A stretch of 64,000 bases of DNA from NCBI GenBank assembly GCA_951804945.1, contig OX638159.1, positions 38,812,001 to 38,876,000 of the forward strand, written 5' to 3'. Below are positions 48,120-59,857 of this stretch, piece by piece. The stretch comes from Podarcis cretensis (Eukaryota). The notes beneath the pieces are model-generated. The model ran no database searches. It was not told the DNA's origin and worked only from the letters and a program-made list of their open reading frames with translations. The translations under genes and the position numbers were made by a program. Numbering within the stretch: position 1 is the stretch's first letter; every line of letters begins with the position of its first letter.

Positions 48120-51010
48120 GGCCAGCAACCAATAGAAGTGTCCCAGCCTGACCCCCCCAAGGCAGCTATAGCCATAGAAGTGGTGCTAGAACTCCCGAAT
48201 GGGCACCCTGTCAAAGTCAAGGGACTGTTGGATTCGGGCAGCTCGTGTAATTTCTTCAGCAGAGACTTCGCTCTGGAGACCAACTCCACCTGTTGCCTCT
48301 AGATTTTCCCTTGCAGGTGACCACCATCGATGGCAGGGAACTTCTGGGGAGGGGGGGAAGTGACACACCAGACCCCGCCAATGCGAATGAGGGTTTCCAG
48401 GCACACAGAGACCATTGCCTTTCACGTGGCCACACTGGCAGGACCCCCAATAATACAGGGGATGAGCTGGCTGGCACTGCATGATCCAGTAGTGTCATGG
48501 CATCAGCGGTCAGTCACCTTTGGGTCAGCTTACTGCTTAGGACACTGTCTGGGAGGGGAGAACCCAAGAATGACGGTGGCCAGGGTGGCTGGGCTGGCTG
48601 TGGAACAAAAAGGGGAGGTGCCACCACAATATGCTGACCTGAAGGAGGTCTTCAGCGAGAGGGAGGCAGATAGACTACCCCCACACAGGCCCTTTGACTG
48701 CCAAATCAACTTACTCCCAGGGGCCCAGTTACCAGTGGGTAAGCTGTATGCCATGTCCGACCGGGAGATACAGGAGTTGCGGCAGTTTATTGACAAGAAC
48801 CTGAAGAGGGGGTTCATAAGGGAATCAAAGGCGGTGGGGGGCAGTCCGGTGTTCTTTGTGGACAAAAAAGAGACTAATCAGCCCAGATTAGTCGTGGATT
48901 ACCGGGCCTTAAACCTGGTGTCAGAACCCGTGACCTTCCCAATGCCCAGGATTGACATTTTAACATGGGTGAGGCAGGGGAAGATTTTTACCAAGCTGGA
49001 CCTCAGGGGAGCATACAATTTGATTAGGATAAGGGAGGGGGACGAATGGAAAACTACCATGTTCAGCCCCCTGGGGGCTTTTGAGTACTTAGTCATGCCA
49101 TTTGGATTACAATCGGGGTCCGCCTGCTTTCAAGCATTCATGCACCACGAGTTGGGGCCCCTGCTGTACAAGAATTGTGTAGCCTTTTTGGATGATGTCT
49201 TAATCTATTTGGACAATGAGAAGCAACACGTCAGGGACGTCAGGGAAGTGCTACAGAGACTGCAGAAGCATCAGTTGTGGGTCAAGCTGGAAAAATGCCA
49301 ATTTCACACCAGAGAGGTCGAGTTTCTGGGGTACAAGTTGTCATACAAGAGCCTAGCTATGGACCCAGACAAGGTGAAGGTAGTGCTGGAATGGAAAGCC
49401 CCCAAAACCCGGAAGGATGTGCAGAGGTTCTTAGGGTTCAGCAACTTCTACAGGAAGTGCATAAAGAACTTCGCTAACTTGACAGCGGCCATCATAGATT
49501 GTCTCAGTAGCAAAAAGAAGTTCGCGTGGACAGAAAGTGCCCAGCAATCCTTTGAAAGGCTGAAGAAGGCGTTCGCTCCGGAACAGCAGCTCCTGCACGT
49601 TGATCTGGAGAAGCCCACGAGACTGGAGACGGACGCGTCCAATCGAGCCGTTGGAGCGGTCCTTTTGCAGCCCAGGGCCAAGCAGGGCTGGAGGCCATGT
49701 GCCTTTTTCTCAAGGAAGCTGAGCAAGTCAGAGCAAAACTATACAGTATATGACCGAGAACTGCTTGCGATCTATGCGTCGTTTCGGCAATGGAGACATC
49801 TGCTGATAGGGGCGCGGCACAAGATCTGGGTTTGTACTGACCACAAGAACTTGGAATATTGGCGGACCACGCGAGTGCTCAACCAGAGACAGATTCGATG
49901 GGCCCAGGAGTTCTCCAAGTTTTCTTTCGAGATCAGATACGTGCCGGGGGAGGAAAATGTAAGAGCAGATGCTCTCTCCCGGAAACCGGAGTACATGGAA
50001 GGAGAGGGACCACCAGAGATCCGACACCTGTTTCCTGAGGACCGGTGGGTGTGGGGGGGAGCGTTGGTTGGGGAACGAGAACTGGCAGGGCTTATTAGAG
50101 ACGACGCGTTCGCTCAAGCGAAAATCAGGGAACTCCGGGACGGAAGGGAAGACCATGGAGGGTTTGAGGAAAAGGAAGGACTACTGTACTATAAGGGGGC
50201 ACTGTATGTACCGGGGGAGACCTTAAACAACTCCATGACAACCCAACAGCTGGGCACTTTGGACAGCACAAGACCATGTTGCTTGTCACCAGGCAGTTCT
50301 GGTGGCCAAAGGTGAGGGAAGATGTACGGGAATATGTACGTGGGTGCGACCGATGCCAGAGGGCAAAGGGGGAGAGGGCTGCCCCCGCAGGGTTACTGGA
50401 ACCCTTTCCTACACTGGGAAGGCCCTGGAAGGTGGTGTCCATTGATTTTATGACAGATTTGCTCAAGTCAAGGGGGAAGACAGCAGTCATGGTAGTAGTC
50501 GATCTACTGACAAAAATGTGCCATTTCATAGCTTGCTCACACGCGGGGACGGCAGAGGAGACAGCCAGGTTGTTTGTGGATCACATTTTCAGACTGCATG
50601 GGACTCCCTCGAGAGTAATCTCGGATCGCGGGAAACAATTTACTTCCAGGTTCTGGAGGAAGCTCATGAGCTTGCTACAGGTAGAGGTGGGCTTCTCGAC
50701 GGCGAGGCACCCCGAAACCAACGGACAAGCAGAAAGAGCGAACAGTATACTCCAGCAATACCTACGCTGTTATGTCAGCAAGAGACAGAACGATTGGGTA
50801 GCGAAACTAGCTTTGGCTGAATTTGCGTACAATAACGCTGAACATGTGTCCACAGGAATGAGCCCGTTCATGGCCAATTATGGGTATCACCCCAGGGCCT
50901 TCCCGGGGAGGGGGGAGGAAGGATGGAGTGTACCCACGGCTGAGCAGTTTGTAGAAGAAATGGAAGCCTTGCACCAGCAACTCAAGATGAACTTGGAGCG
51001 GGCCAAGAAA
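48075..51010 (+). pseudogene. pol: Retrotransposon pol (protease, RT, RNase H, integrase), frameshifted
   Basis: LLDSG protease; VVDYRALN, KLDLRGAY, MPFGL and FLDD in RT; ETDAS RNase H; HDNPTAGH...CDRC and SIDF / ISDRG / GQAER integrase motifs. Frameshifts near 48290, 48350 and 50220. Confidence 0.95.
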
Positions 51011-53102
51011 GTTACATATATGAACTATTTCCAGGTATAATTCAGAGATTTTTGAATTAATTCAGTTCACCTGATTTAGTTCATTTCAAGCACTATACAC
51101 AGATATATATAGATAACAATATTTTGTTAAGGTCTGGCTGTTTTCTTTCTTTTTTAACTAAACCTTGACTCCCAAATTTCAATGCCTAAAAAATTACAGA
51201 GCCAATATTTTGTTTAATGAAAAATAAAATCAGGGACAGGAAAGCCATTGTGATCCAATGACCAGCTGTCTCAAAAATTGTATCATTCATATACTCTGTA
51301 ATAACAACCTTTCAAATAAAACTTGAAATAGTAATGTACCTGACTAACACAGCAGCTTGCAGGACTTTTCCAGCTGTGTTACGTACAATTGCTTTTCCAT
51401 TAATAATATTGTACACCTGATGCCCTCATATGAGTAGAATTGTGTTTGTTATTTTCTCTGTTGTGTACAGTGAAAGACATTCCTATTCTCTTTTTCCTCC
51501 CCTTTAGGGGACTGGCCTCTCGCCACCCTTTCTAATATCTTCAAAGTATTTATGCATACCTTCCAACGTGATGTAGCCAAAAATTGGGATGCCAACTTCT
51601 GAGGTGGCACTCCCACACAAGTCATGTGACTTGTGCAAAATTATGGCCCTGAAAAAGGGCTTTGGGGGGGCACGGCGCCCTAAAATGAGAATTTTGGAGT
51701 GCTTTGTGAAATTGCTGCCCCAAAAAAGATTTTTTTGGGGGGTGAAATCATGGCCCCAAATTGCGTGAGATCATGGCACCAAAATGGCCACCGTACTCTT
51801 GCACAAGAAAATGAGATGTCCCGGGACAGTTGAGGGGTATGCATATGTCAGTGGTCGGTGAGGCTAGAGACAAAAGTGGGCCAAGCAACAAATGTAAATT
51901 TTATCTCTGTACAGTTGGCTAGTTTCCCCACACACCCCTCTCTCTATCCTCCATCTAAACAAGCAGGAGACACCAGAGTCCAAGGGCAAATTCCGTCCAG
52001 GCAAAAGCCCTTGGGATGTGAAGCAGGCCCAGTCAGGGCAAGGCTAGGTGTGTGGCCTGGAGAGAGTTCTGAGGGCTAGACAGGGAGGCCTGAAGGCCAC
52101 ATTCAGTCCCCGGGCGTGATGGTCCACCACCATTGCTCTTGGCCTTCCCTGTCCCTCATCGGACTAATGTCCTGTAAATAGGCAGCTTGGTGGCCTTCAT
52201 TGTACACATCTCCAGCATCTGTCTCCCTCAAGGTGTCTCCAAGCGGCAGAGTCAACCTAGCAGAAGAAGTGAAGATTATGGGTCATTCCACATGCTGTTC
52301 ATGCGGCCCCATAGAATTGTCCCTGAAGTGAAAAGCCAAAGACTCTCCACAGAAGAAGTGGAGGTTTGGAGCTCTTCCTAGGATGCCTCAGACCTTGCCT
52401 TTAAACATCTTTTGTGGGCTGTCATTCTGCTTTCCTGTTCCCCCTTAAAAAGGCACAAGAATGGGATAGATTTGATCACGCGAATGAAGAGCGTTTGGTT
52501 TCTTCTGCACTTTGAAGAGCTCACATTTTCTTCCTCTCTCTTCCCTCAGCCACAACACAAGGACTCTCCCTGGCCCTCTACAACGCACTGGAATAAAATA
52601 AAAGATCATCTCATTTGAAACAAGGCCCCATGAAATGAAACTTCAAAAAGATAAGAAAATCATGCAGGGTTTAATAAAAAAAAGCCCGGCAAGATATCAG
52701 AGTTTGTTTTATTGCACATAAATCAGCAGCAATAATTTAAATTGGGATTAATGCTCTGTATCATTTCTTTCATGTACATCCCTAGATCTCTGCGCTATTA
52801 TGCAGCTCCTGTCTCTTTAAATTCATGGAGTTTGAGAAAAGTTCCCTCAGTGTCATCCTGATGATAAACAAGATTTATAACTGGCTGTGAGTCAGAGGAA
52901 AAGGAGAGCTGATGAAGAAAAAAGAGGATTTCTTTCTTTCCGGATTGGAGCAATGAAATTAAAATGAATAGGAAGGGAGGCTGAGATTAGCAGCACAGTC
53001 ATTCTGCATCGTGTCTTCTATTGCTTACGTCTCTGCTGGGCTGGACTAAATCAACTAGGGTGAATAGTTCTCCCCACCAAACTTCCTTCTTACCCACCCA
53101 GC

Positions 53103-53285
53103 CAGGGTGGAATCTACATACATATAAAAGCTGTTCTGAAAATGCTTTTTTAAAAAAGCATTTTTTAAAATACATTGAATTTTCCATAAGGCTCACCATC
53201 ACCATCTAGTGTCACATTGTATATTGCACTTAAAACACACTTAAAACGTTTTATTTGCAGCTGTACAGCTGAGTCTCAGGGTAAT
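53103..53285. repeat. Interspersed repeat (MITE-like); second copy starts near 63899 and runs off the window end
   Basis: Shared AAAATACATTGAATTTTCCATAAGG.TCACCATCACCA block and similar upstream sequence. Confidence 0.7.
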
Positions 53286-53959
53286 CCCTTAAGCCAGAGT
53301 TTTCCATCCTGCGTGTCACAACATGTCAGTGTGTCGGCTGCAGTGCGTAGGTGTGTCGTGCAAACACTCTCCACACTCTTCCTGGGGCTGGAAAGGGGTC
53401 AGTTTAACCTCTAGTTTGCTAGTAAAACAGAATCACTGTGTCGTGAAATGGTGCATGTCTAACAAGTGTGTCACCAGCATGAAAAGTCTGGCATTACACA
53501 CACACACACACACACGTGTCAAAGTTTAGACCAACTTCTAATGGGGAGCGTACACTCCAGCTACCTTCACATGGTCACTGTTTTGTGGAATCAGTTCATA
53601 GCATGGGGGGGCACAGGGGTGATTGTCCTGGGCACAAAAAATGTTAGGGGTTCAAAATTTCAACACCCAGTGCTGCCTCAATACAGCTGCTTCCATCTGG
53701 GCTCCATTGAAAATGACTTCTCCATACAAACCAGGAAGTGAGCTCTCCAGACAGTGGAATGACTCTTCTTTTCTTATTTCTGTGGCTGTGATCTCCTGGG
53801 TGATGTGGATGCTGTTAGGCAATTGAATGTGCATGTATACTCTGTCCATTTCCCTCCCACCCACCCACCTCACCCAACTCCACCTGGCCCCAGGCACTGG
53901 CAACTCACACTACACTACTGGTTGTATACTACTGGCTGCCCTTGGGTCTGGTTCATAAT

Positions 53960-54480
53960 CTCTAGCTGGTGCAGAATGAGGCAGCCAGACTGCTGATGGA
54001 GGACACATGACACAATTATTAAAACAGCTGTATGGACTGCCCATCTCCTGCTGGGCCATGTTCAAGGTTCTTGTCTTAATTTACAAAGTTCTGAATGACT
54101 TAGGTCCAGCTTACTTCAGGGATTGCCTGGATCCTTTTGTCCCAGCTCGATCACTGAGATCATCTGCAGGAGCGTCGTTCCCTGAGTTGGTGAGGCTTAT
54201 TTGACAACAGCAAAAAAAGAGTCTTTCGTGTCATTGTCCCAGTCCTGTGGAATACTCTGCCAATGGATATTCAGCCGGCACCTTCTGTGCCAACTTTTAA
54301 ATGCCTGCTGAAAGCTTTTCTATTCTGCCAGGCCAATGGAGGCAATTAAGAATGCATTTTCCCACAATGGTTGATTGATGTCTGTATTAAAAATTATAAT
54401 ATGGCTTGTTTTGTATTTTTTTTTAATCATTGTAAATTGCTTTGATTATTATTATTTACATGTGGTAAATAAGCATTTTT
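53960..54480 (+). mobile_element. L2 LINE 3' fragment
   Basis: LLKQLYGLPI...FKVLVLIYKVLNDLGPAYFRD...RSLRS peptide. Confidence 0.8.
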
Positions 54481-56388
54481 ATAAATGCAGAAACAGATAA
54501 CCTGGAGTGATCTTCTTTTTCGGACACGATAGCAGGGCAAACAGAGCTGAAAGTTTTCTGAGTGTACCTGTTTGGAAAGGAAATGCCTTCAAAAAGAAGT
54601 GGAGAAATGCTACATACAGTAGCTAGCAGCAAGTGGCAGAAACCAGAACCACATGAAAGCAGGTTTCCAGCTATGGAATTGGAAGATTGCAATGGCAGCT
54701 AGCAAAGATGTACATCCTTAACCCAGCGTATCCCCACCTTAGTGGAAAATGCTTGTTTGCTCTTTGAATATCACCTTGCTTCCATAAACATGTCAGCACC
54801 GTCAATTTAAACAACGACAACACATTTCCAGTTAGGTGATGTGTATTGCTGTAGCTAGCAGCTTTGCAACATTTTTAGAACCGAGGGAAACCGAGATGAC
54901 CATGGTAAACACGGTTCCGAACATTTACGGTAATGTTGGACTTTGAGTCCCAAAGCTGGGAAGCTAGAGACTGACTTCAGTATTTATATCTTCCTGGTGC
55001 TGCAAGAGGAGACACAGACATGCACATTCCTAGCTATAAAAGATGAGCTGTGCTGTTATTGGCATAAACATGTTCCAACGGACAGAGAGAAAGGAACAAA
55101 AGTGGGGGCAATCGACTCTTAGGAGGGCCGGAAAAGAAGACGAAGAAATAAAGCAAAGCTCTTCTAGGTCACGCTTGGGTCTTGCAACTAGCAGCCTTTG
55201 GGATAAGTCCACCCCCTGGGGAGGGCCATCTGCCTCCCCCTCCTTCCTAGGCTTATGGTAACTTCTTGTAAGAGGCAGGAGGCATACAAGCAACGGGAGC
55301 CAGAATTAGATTTAGGAGGGTTTTTATTTATTTCTGTATTGTGGCATTATATACCCTGCCTTTCTATGATGAAATCAAACTTGAGGTGGTTTACAAATTA
55401 AAAAAATATGAGTGACATGCCATTGAAAGCTGTCCTAACAATGAAATTAAAAAGCAGTAACACACACACACCAGCAACAGCTCCCTCCATTCCCTGCACT
55501 TCCTCAAAAGCAAACTGCTGACCAAGTTGCTGATTTTCTTCCAGCTTAGTGAAGCAGTAGGCATTGAGAAGAGCCTGAAATGTGTGAAAAATTGGTGGTG
55601 GGGGGCAGTACATGGAATCATATAATTGAAGAGTTTGATGGGATCCCCAAGGTCATCTAGCCCAACCCCCTGCGACGCAGGAATCTCAACATGTTCCTAT
55701 AAAGTTAGATGCAGCTTGCTGGGTGGTGCAGAGGCATTGCATTGGCTTCCTTGCACAGGAGTTGCTGTTGCTTTGTGGCAGGAGAGGAACAAGGTGGCAG
55801 GGAGGTTGACATGCCTGCCGGTGCATTTGCACCACACTGACCTCCCCATCGGGCCAGATCATTATCTCTGCCACCCCTCAACCTCACAGACCCCGTTCGA
55901 CAGGAGGGCAGGACTTCCACCTTACCAATCACCAGGTATCATGATATCAAGCGACCCTTTTTTGCCCACATGGCTTGAAATGAATCTGTGCAGGCAAAGG
56001 CACAGCCCACCAAACACTGGTGATCAGCTGATCATTGGCACTTACAGAGCACTATGCACAGGGCTTTGCAAGATCCAGCTATCAGCCATGCGCTGAGCTT
56101 CACAAGGCCTGGCAATCAGCAAAGTCCAGCGAGCAGCACTTCACTGCTTGTCAGGTCTTGTGAAGCCCCTGGCTGATCACGAGAGCTTGTGAAACCCTGT
56201 GCCATGTCTTCACCTGTCATCTTGCATGACATCTGGGGTAGAGCTGGTTGGCATAGCTTAAAATGGCCTTGCTGGCCAAATGGGGAGTCCTGATGAACTT
56301 AATTAGGCCTGCGGACTGGAGGTTCCCCACTGGTGATATACAGGTTGCACAGAGAATGAAAATATATCCCTCTTCAAAACCTCTAAGG

Positions 56389-56519
56389 CAGGCCTGGGGA
56401 ACCTGTGGCCCAGCAAATCCTCATGGACCCCAACTCCCATCATCCCTGACCAATGACCAGGCTAGCTGGGGCTGATGGGAGTCAAGTCCTGTGGGTGGCC
56501 ACAAGTTCCTCACCTGTTG
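56389..56519. mobile_element. hAT MITE (URR1/MER5-like)
   Basis: CAACTCCCATCA...TGATGGGAGT internal palindrome; flanks CTCTAAGG / CTCTAAAA. Confidence 0.65.
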
Positions 56520-57088
56520 CTCTAAAAATGAAAACCAAAAAAGAAGAAATTGGTGTTAAGAGTCACCCCCCCCCCATGTTTACATTAAGAGTACACGATG
56601 TTCTTATGTAGAGCATTGTTTTCAGACTTCTTTGATCTTCCTTCCTTTTCAATCCACCTTGGTTTTCTTTCATTTTATGACTGTTTTCCCTGCTTGGTTC
56701 ACTCTTGTGCAGACTTGAGAAGCGAGGGCTCTTCCAGCGATGGAATGGATGGTTGACTGTTTCGGTTCCTCCCCTGCTCCCACAGATGAAGCTTATCTCT
56801 TGTTTCAGTGAGAGGAGGCTTCCAAGAACATGATGCCAGGCAGTAAAAGAAATCACATTTTTGGCAGAGTGAGAACAAAATAAACATCTGTATTCTGTGG
56901 ATAATACTGCACAATTGGCTCCTTTGCATGTTTTACTGCCTACACCCTTCCAATGGGGGTGGGGGGAAGTCAGGTAAGTGCTTCAGAGCAAAATCATTGC
57001 TAGGAAATTGCTGGTGTGGAATGACAGCACTTTGAAAAAATACTTGGGGGGCAAATAAAGAGTAAAATACTTTCAGAGGGGGAAACTT

Positions 57089-57124
<36 letters not shown>

Positions 57125-57655
57125 TACTAGGAAACTTGGGCTTTTTAGTTGGATGGGGTAAATACCTTTTTCTCCCAAAGGGGAACCTTGACCTGTCTAC
57201 CCAATCTCTTCCTTCCTTTTCCCTCAACATTTCTGACATGCATGAGTTTAAGGGTCTACATACACATCTCTCATGCACTGACTTTGTAGATGCAAAAATA
57301 AAAAATGAAATGTGTTGATAGGGATGGATGAGCATGTCAGTTTTGGTGTCCCCCAGTTGTTCATATTTCCAATCTTAAATTCAATTCACCACATTTCTGC
57401 AAAATTTTGCAGTTGTTGTTATTTTCTTTCTAAATCCTCATAAAAATTCTTCGGCATTTTAGTTTTGAATATACACATTTTCGCATGCATTTTTTTCAGA
57501 ATGTACGTAATTCTTGTTATTTTCAATAAGATTTATGTATTCTTACACACGCTACGCCCAAATGCATGCATTTTCATTGTTGCTGGAGAACTGCATCACA
57601 AAATTCAGAGAAGTGCAAACTTTGAAGGATTGCTGTGTTTTGTTTCAGGAAGTAC

Positions 57656-57808
57656 AGCTTAGCTCAGTTGGTTACAGCATGGTACTGATAGCGCCATGGT
57701 TGCAGGTTTGATCCCCATATGGGGCTTCTGCATATTCCTGCATTACAGGGGGTTAGACTAGATGAACACCAGGATCCCTTCCAACTCTTCAATTCTATGA
57801 TCCTTATG
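57656..57808 (+). mobile_element. tRNA(Ile)-like SINE with CR1-derived 3' tail (POM/Squam2-like)
   Basis: TAGCTCAGTTGGTTA...GGTTTGATCCCC head; GACTAGATGA...CCCTTCCAACTC...ATTCTATGAT CR1 tail; nested in a TAGGGATG element. Confidence 0.8.
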
Positions 57809-58104
57809 AGCATGTGTATAAGCATGAATGAAAACGAAACTGAATTCTTATCCCCTCCCTTGGTGCAGATCATTCATATGGAGTCTTTGTACAGCCAGAT
57901 GCATATAGGGTAGATGTCCTGGTGGGGTAGAAAAGCAGACATGATCCCAGCCTCTGCTCTCCCCTTGTATAAACTGCCAATCTGCATAGGGCATGGAGTA
58001 CAGTGAAGACACTATTGACGAACATCTTAAAATTCACAATAGGATGAGAAGAGGAGCTGGTATCTCAATATATTGATGTTTTCAGAAAGCTATCTGAACC
58101 CTCC

Positions 58105-58287
58105 TTGTTTGTCAATGTCCTGGAGGATCTGCTGAGAGATAGATTTGTTTGTCGGCCGAACGATGAGAACAATCAAAGCCTGTTACTGGCAGAAGGAAAC
58201 TTGGTCCGGGTCAAAACTCTGGAATTGGCAACAGCCATGGAAGCAGCATTGAGGAACTTAGAGGATCTACACCTAAAGCCTCGTTAG
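58105..58287 (+). pseudogene. Isolated gag fragment of a second, older Gypsy-type retrotransposon
   Basis: DLLRDRFVC...LLLAEGNL...KTLELATAMEAA resembles the LRDRxVCG...LLAExxLTLxKALExAxAMEAA gag motif. Confidence 0.6.
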
Positions 58288-58559
58288 ACCCAGAGAGATT
58301 TCATAAGCAAATTCCAAACAAAAGTCCAGGCCACAGAAAGATGCTTCTGTTCATTCAACCTTAGCCTGCAGTCATAAAATGTCCCAGTACCACAGAGGCA
58401 TCAAAACAAGAGACTCTACCAGAAAACATAGAAAAAGCACATGATATAGAGAATGCACTATTATGTCATGAAAATAACAACAACAACAACAACAACAACA
58501 ACAATATAAAAAACAGAAGACTTGCTGTCTTGATAAAGAGGAAGGAGAAGAGAAGGTGA

Positions 58560-58905
58560 GTCATCTGGGACATAATGCCAAGTCAAACCAAGGCTTAGCA
58601 TGAATGTGGGGTCCTAGGGAAGATATCACGGCTGTGATCTTTTTAGCTTGGTGTAGACCAGCAGCTAAGCCAAGGTTTGCTTTACTGCATTGCCCAAACC
58701 TGGGCTTGTGGTTAAGTTAACTGCTCCTTAACCACATACTCTAGCCAAGGTTTGGTTAAGGAGGAGAGGGCTTGACACAAGCCTGGGTGCAGATGATATG
58801 CTAAGACAAACCTTAGCATAGCTGCCATGCTGAGCTAAAAGGACTAGGGAGAACTAAGCAGCCATCCCAGTATGCCATGGTTTAGTATACTATTCAGAAT
58901 GGGCA
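58560..58905. repeat. Degenerate palindromic MITE-like element
   Basis: Nested imperfect inverted repeats (TGTGGTTAAG/CTTAACCACA, GCAGCTA/TAGCTGC, AACCAAGG/CCATGGTT). Confidence 0.45.
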
Positions 58906-59819
58906 CCAACCATACTAACAGTAGCCAATACAGATTATACCAGCCACATTTATGGCAGCTACAGTGTCACAGTAGACTACAGTAAGTGTCCAAGTAAGAC
59001 AATTACCTCATTTGCAGAGGAGAAGCTGAACAATTCAAGTTGGATATTTTGTATAGACTGCTTTGTAGGCTAAAGAGGCCCCAAAGTGACACATAAGAAA
59101 AGAAGATACAAATGGAAAAACAACAATAATATAACATTAATCAGCAAAACAAGAAATGAAACGTGCACAATCAGTATCCATATGTGGCCCAGTTTATTAG
59201 TGGATGAAATCAGAGGAGGACTTCGATAAATTTATTATCATAAGCACCAAAAACGGTTTATATACCAGTACATTACACCACTTTTAGCATCCAGGATCTT
59301 CTGGCAAGGCAGCTCCAGGGGGTTGTGAGACGTAATTGGCAAGCCCCCATTAACTTCACCAGCTTACAGTTACAGTATATTAAGGTTCTATAGCATGGAT
59401 TAAATTTTTGTTCCTCTAATACTGGGTTTTGTCACCCTGCCTTTTCTCACTTTTGCCTCCCTGACAGCCACAGGAAAATTGTGCAAGAGATTCTTAGAAT
59501 ATGCTGACAGACCAGACCATTGCTTTGTTCACAAACACACTTAAAACTTTCATAGGCAGAATCTGCAAGCCCCACACCACTTCCCCAGTCATGTTCACCA
59601 CCTAGGAATTGTGGGTGAGCTCCTTCAAATAAATTGCAGGAGCAACACTGATGTAATTACATGTGTGAAAAGGAAGAGCAAAAATACTTTCCAAGCAATT
59701 AAAAACACCCCTGAAAACCTTTGCTGACAACATCTTCATAATGTTAAAATTGCAAGCTCTTTCCTGATGAAGTGATCTTTTGATTAAAATGGCAACATAT
59801 AAGTTGCAAGACAGGGAGG

Positions 59820-59857
<38 letters not shown>

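Larger units (their letters stand above)
46620..51010 (+). mobile_element. Ty3/Gypsy LTR retrotransposon (sushi/PEG10-like), 3'-truncated
   Basis: GC-rich block with 5' LTR, gag, CCHC knuckle and domain order PR-RT-RH-IN; ends abruptly after LKMNLERAK with no 3' LTR. Confidence 0.95.

Noticed and set aside
47108-51040. Possible domesticated PEG10/RTL1-like gene
   Set aside because: In-frame stop in gag, several frameshifts and a retained LTR indicate a decaying transposon.
51480-51560. Strong polypyrimidine tract and AG acceptor
   Set aside because: No convincing donor or recognisable peptide; runs into a DNA-transposon remnant.
57656-57730. tRNA-Ile-like sequence
   Set aside because: Degenerate stems and fusion to a CR1 tail indicate a SINE head, not a tRNA gene.
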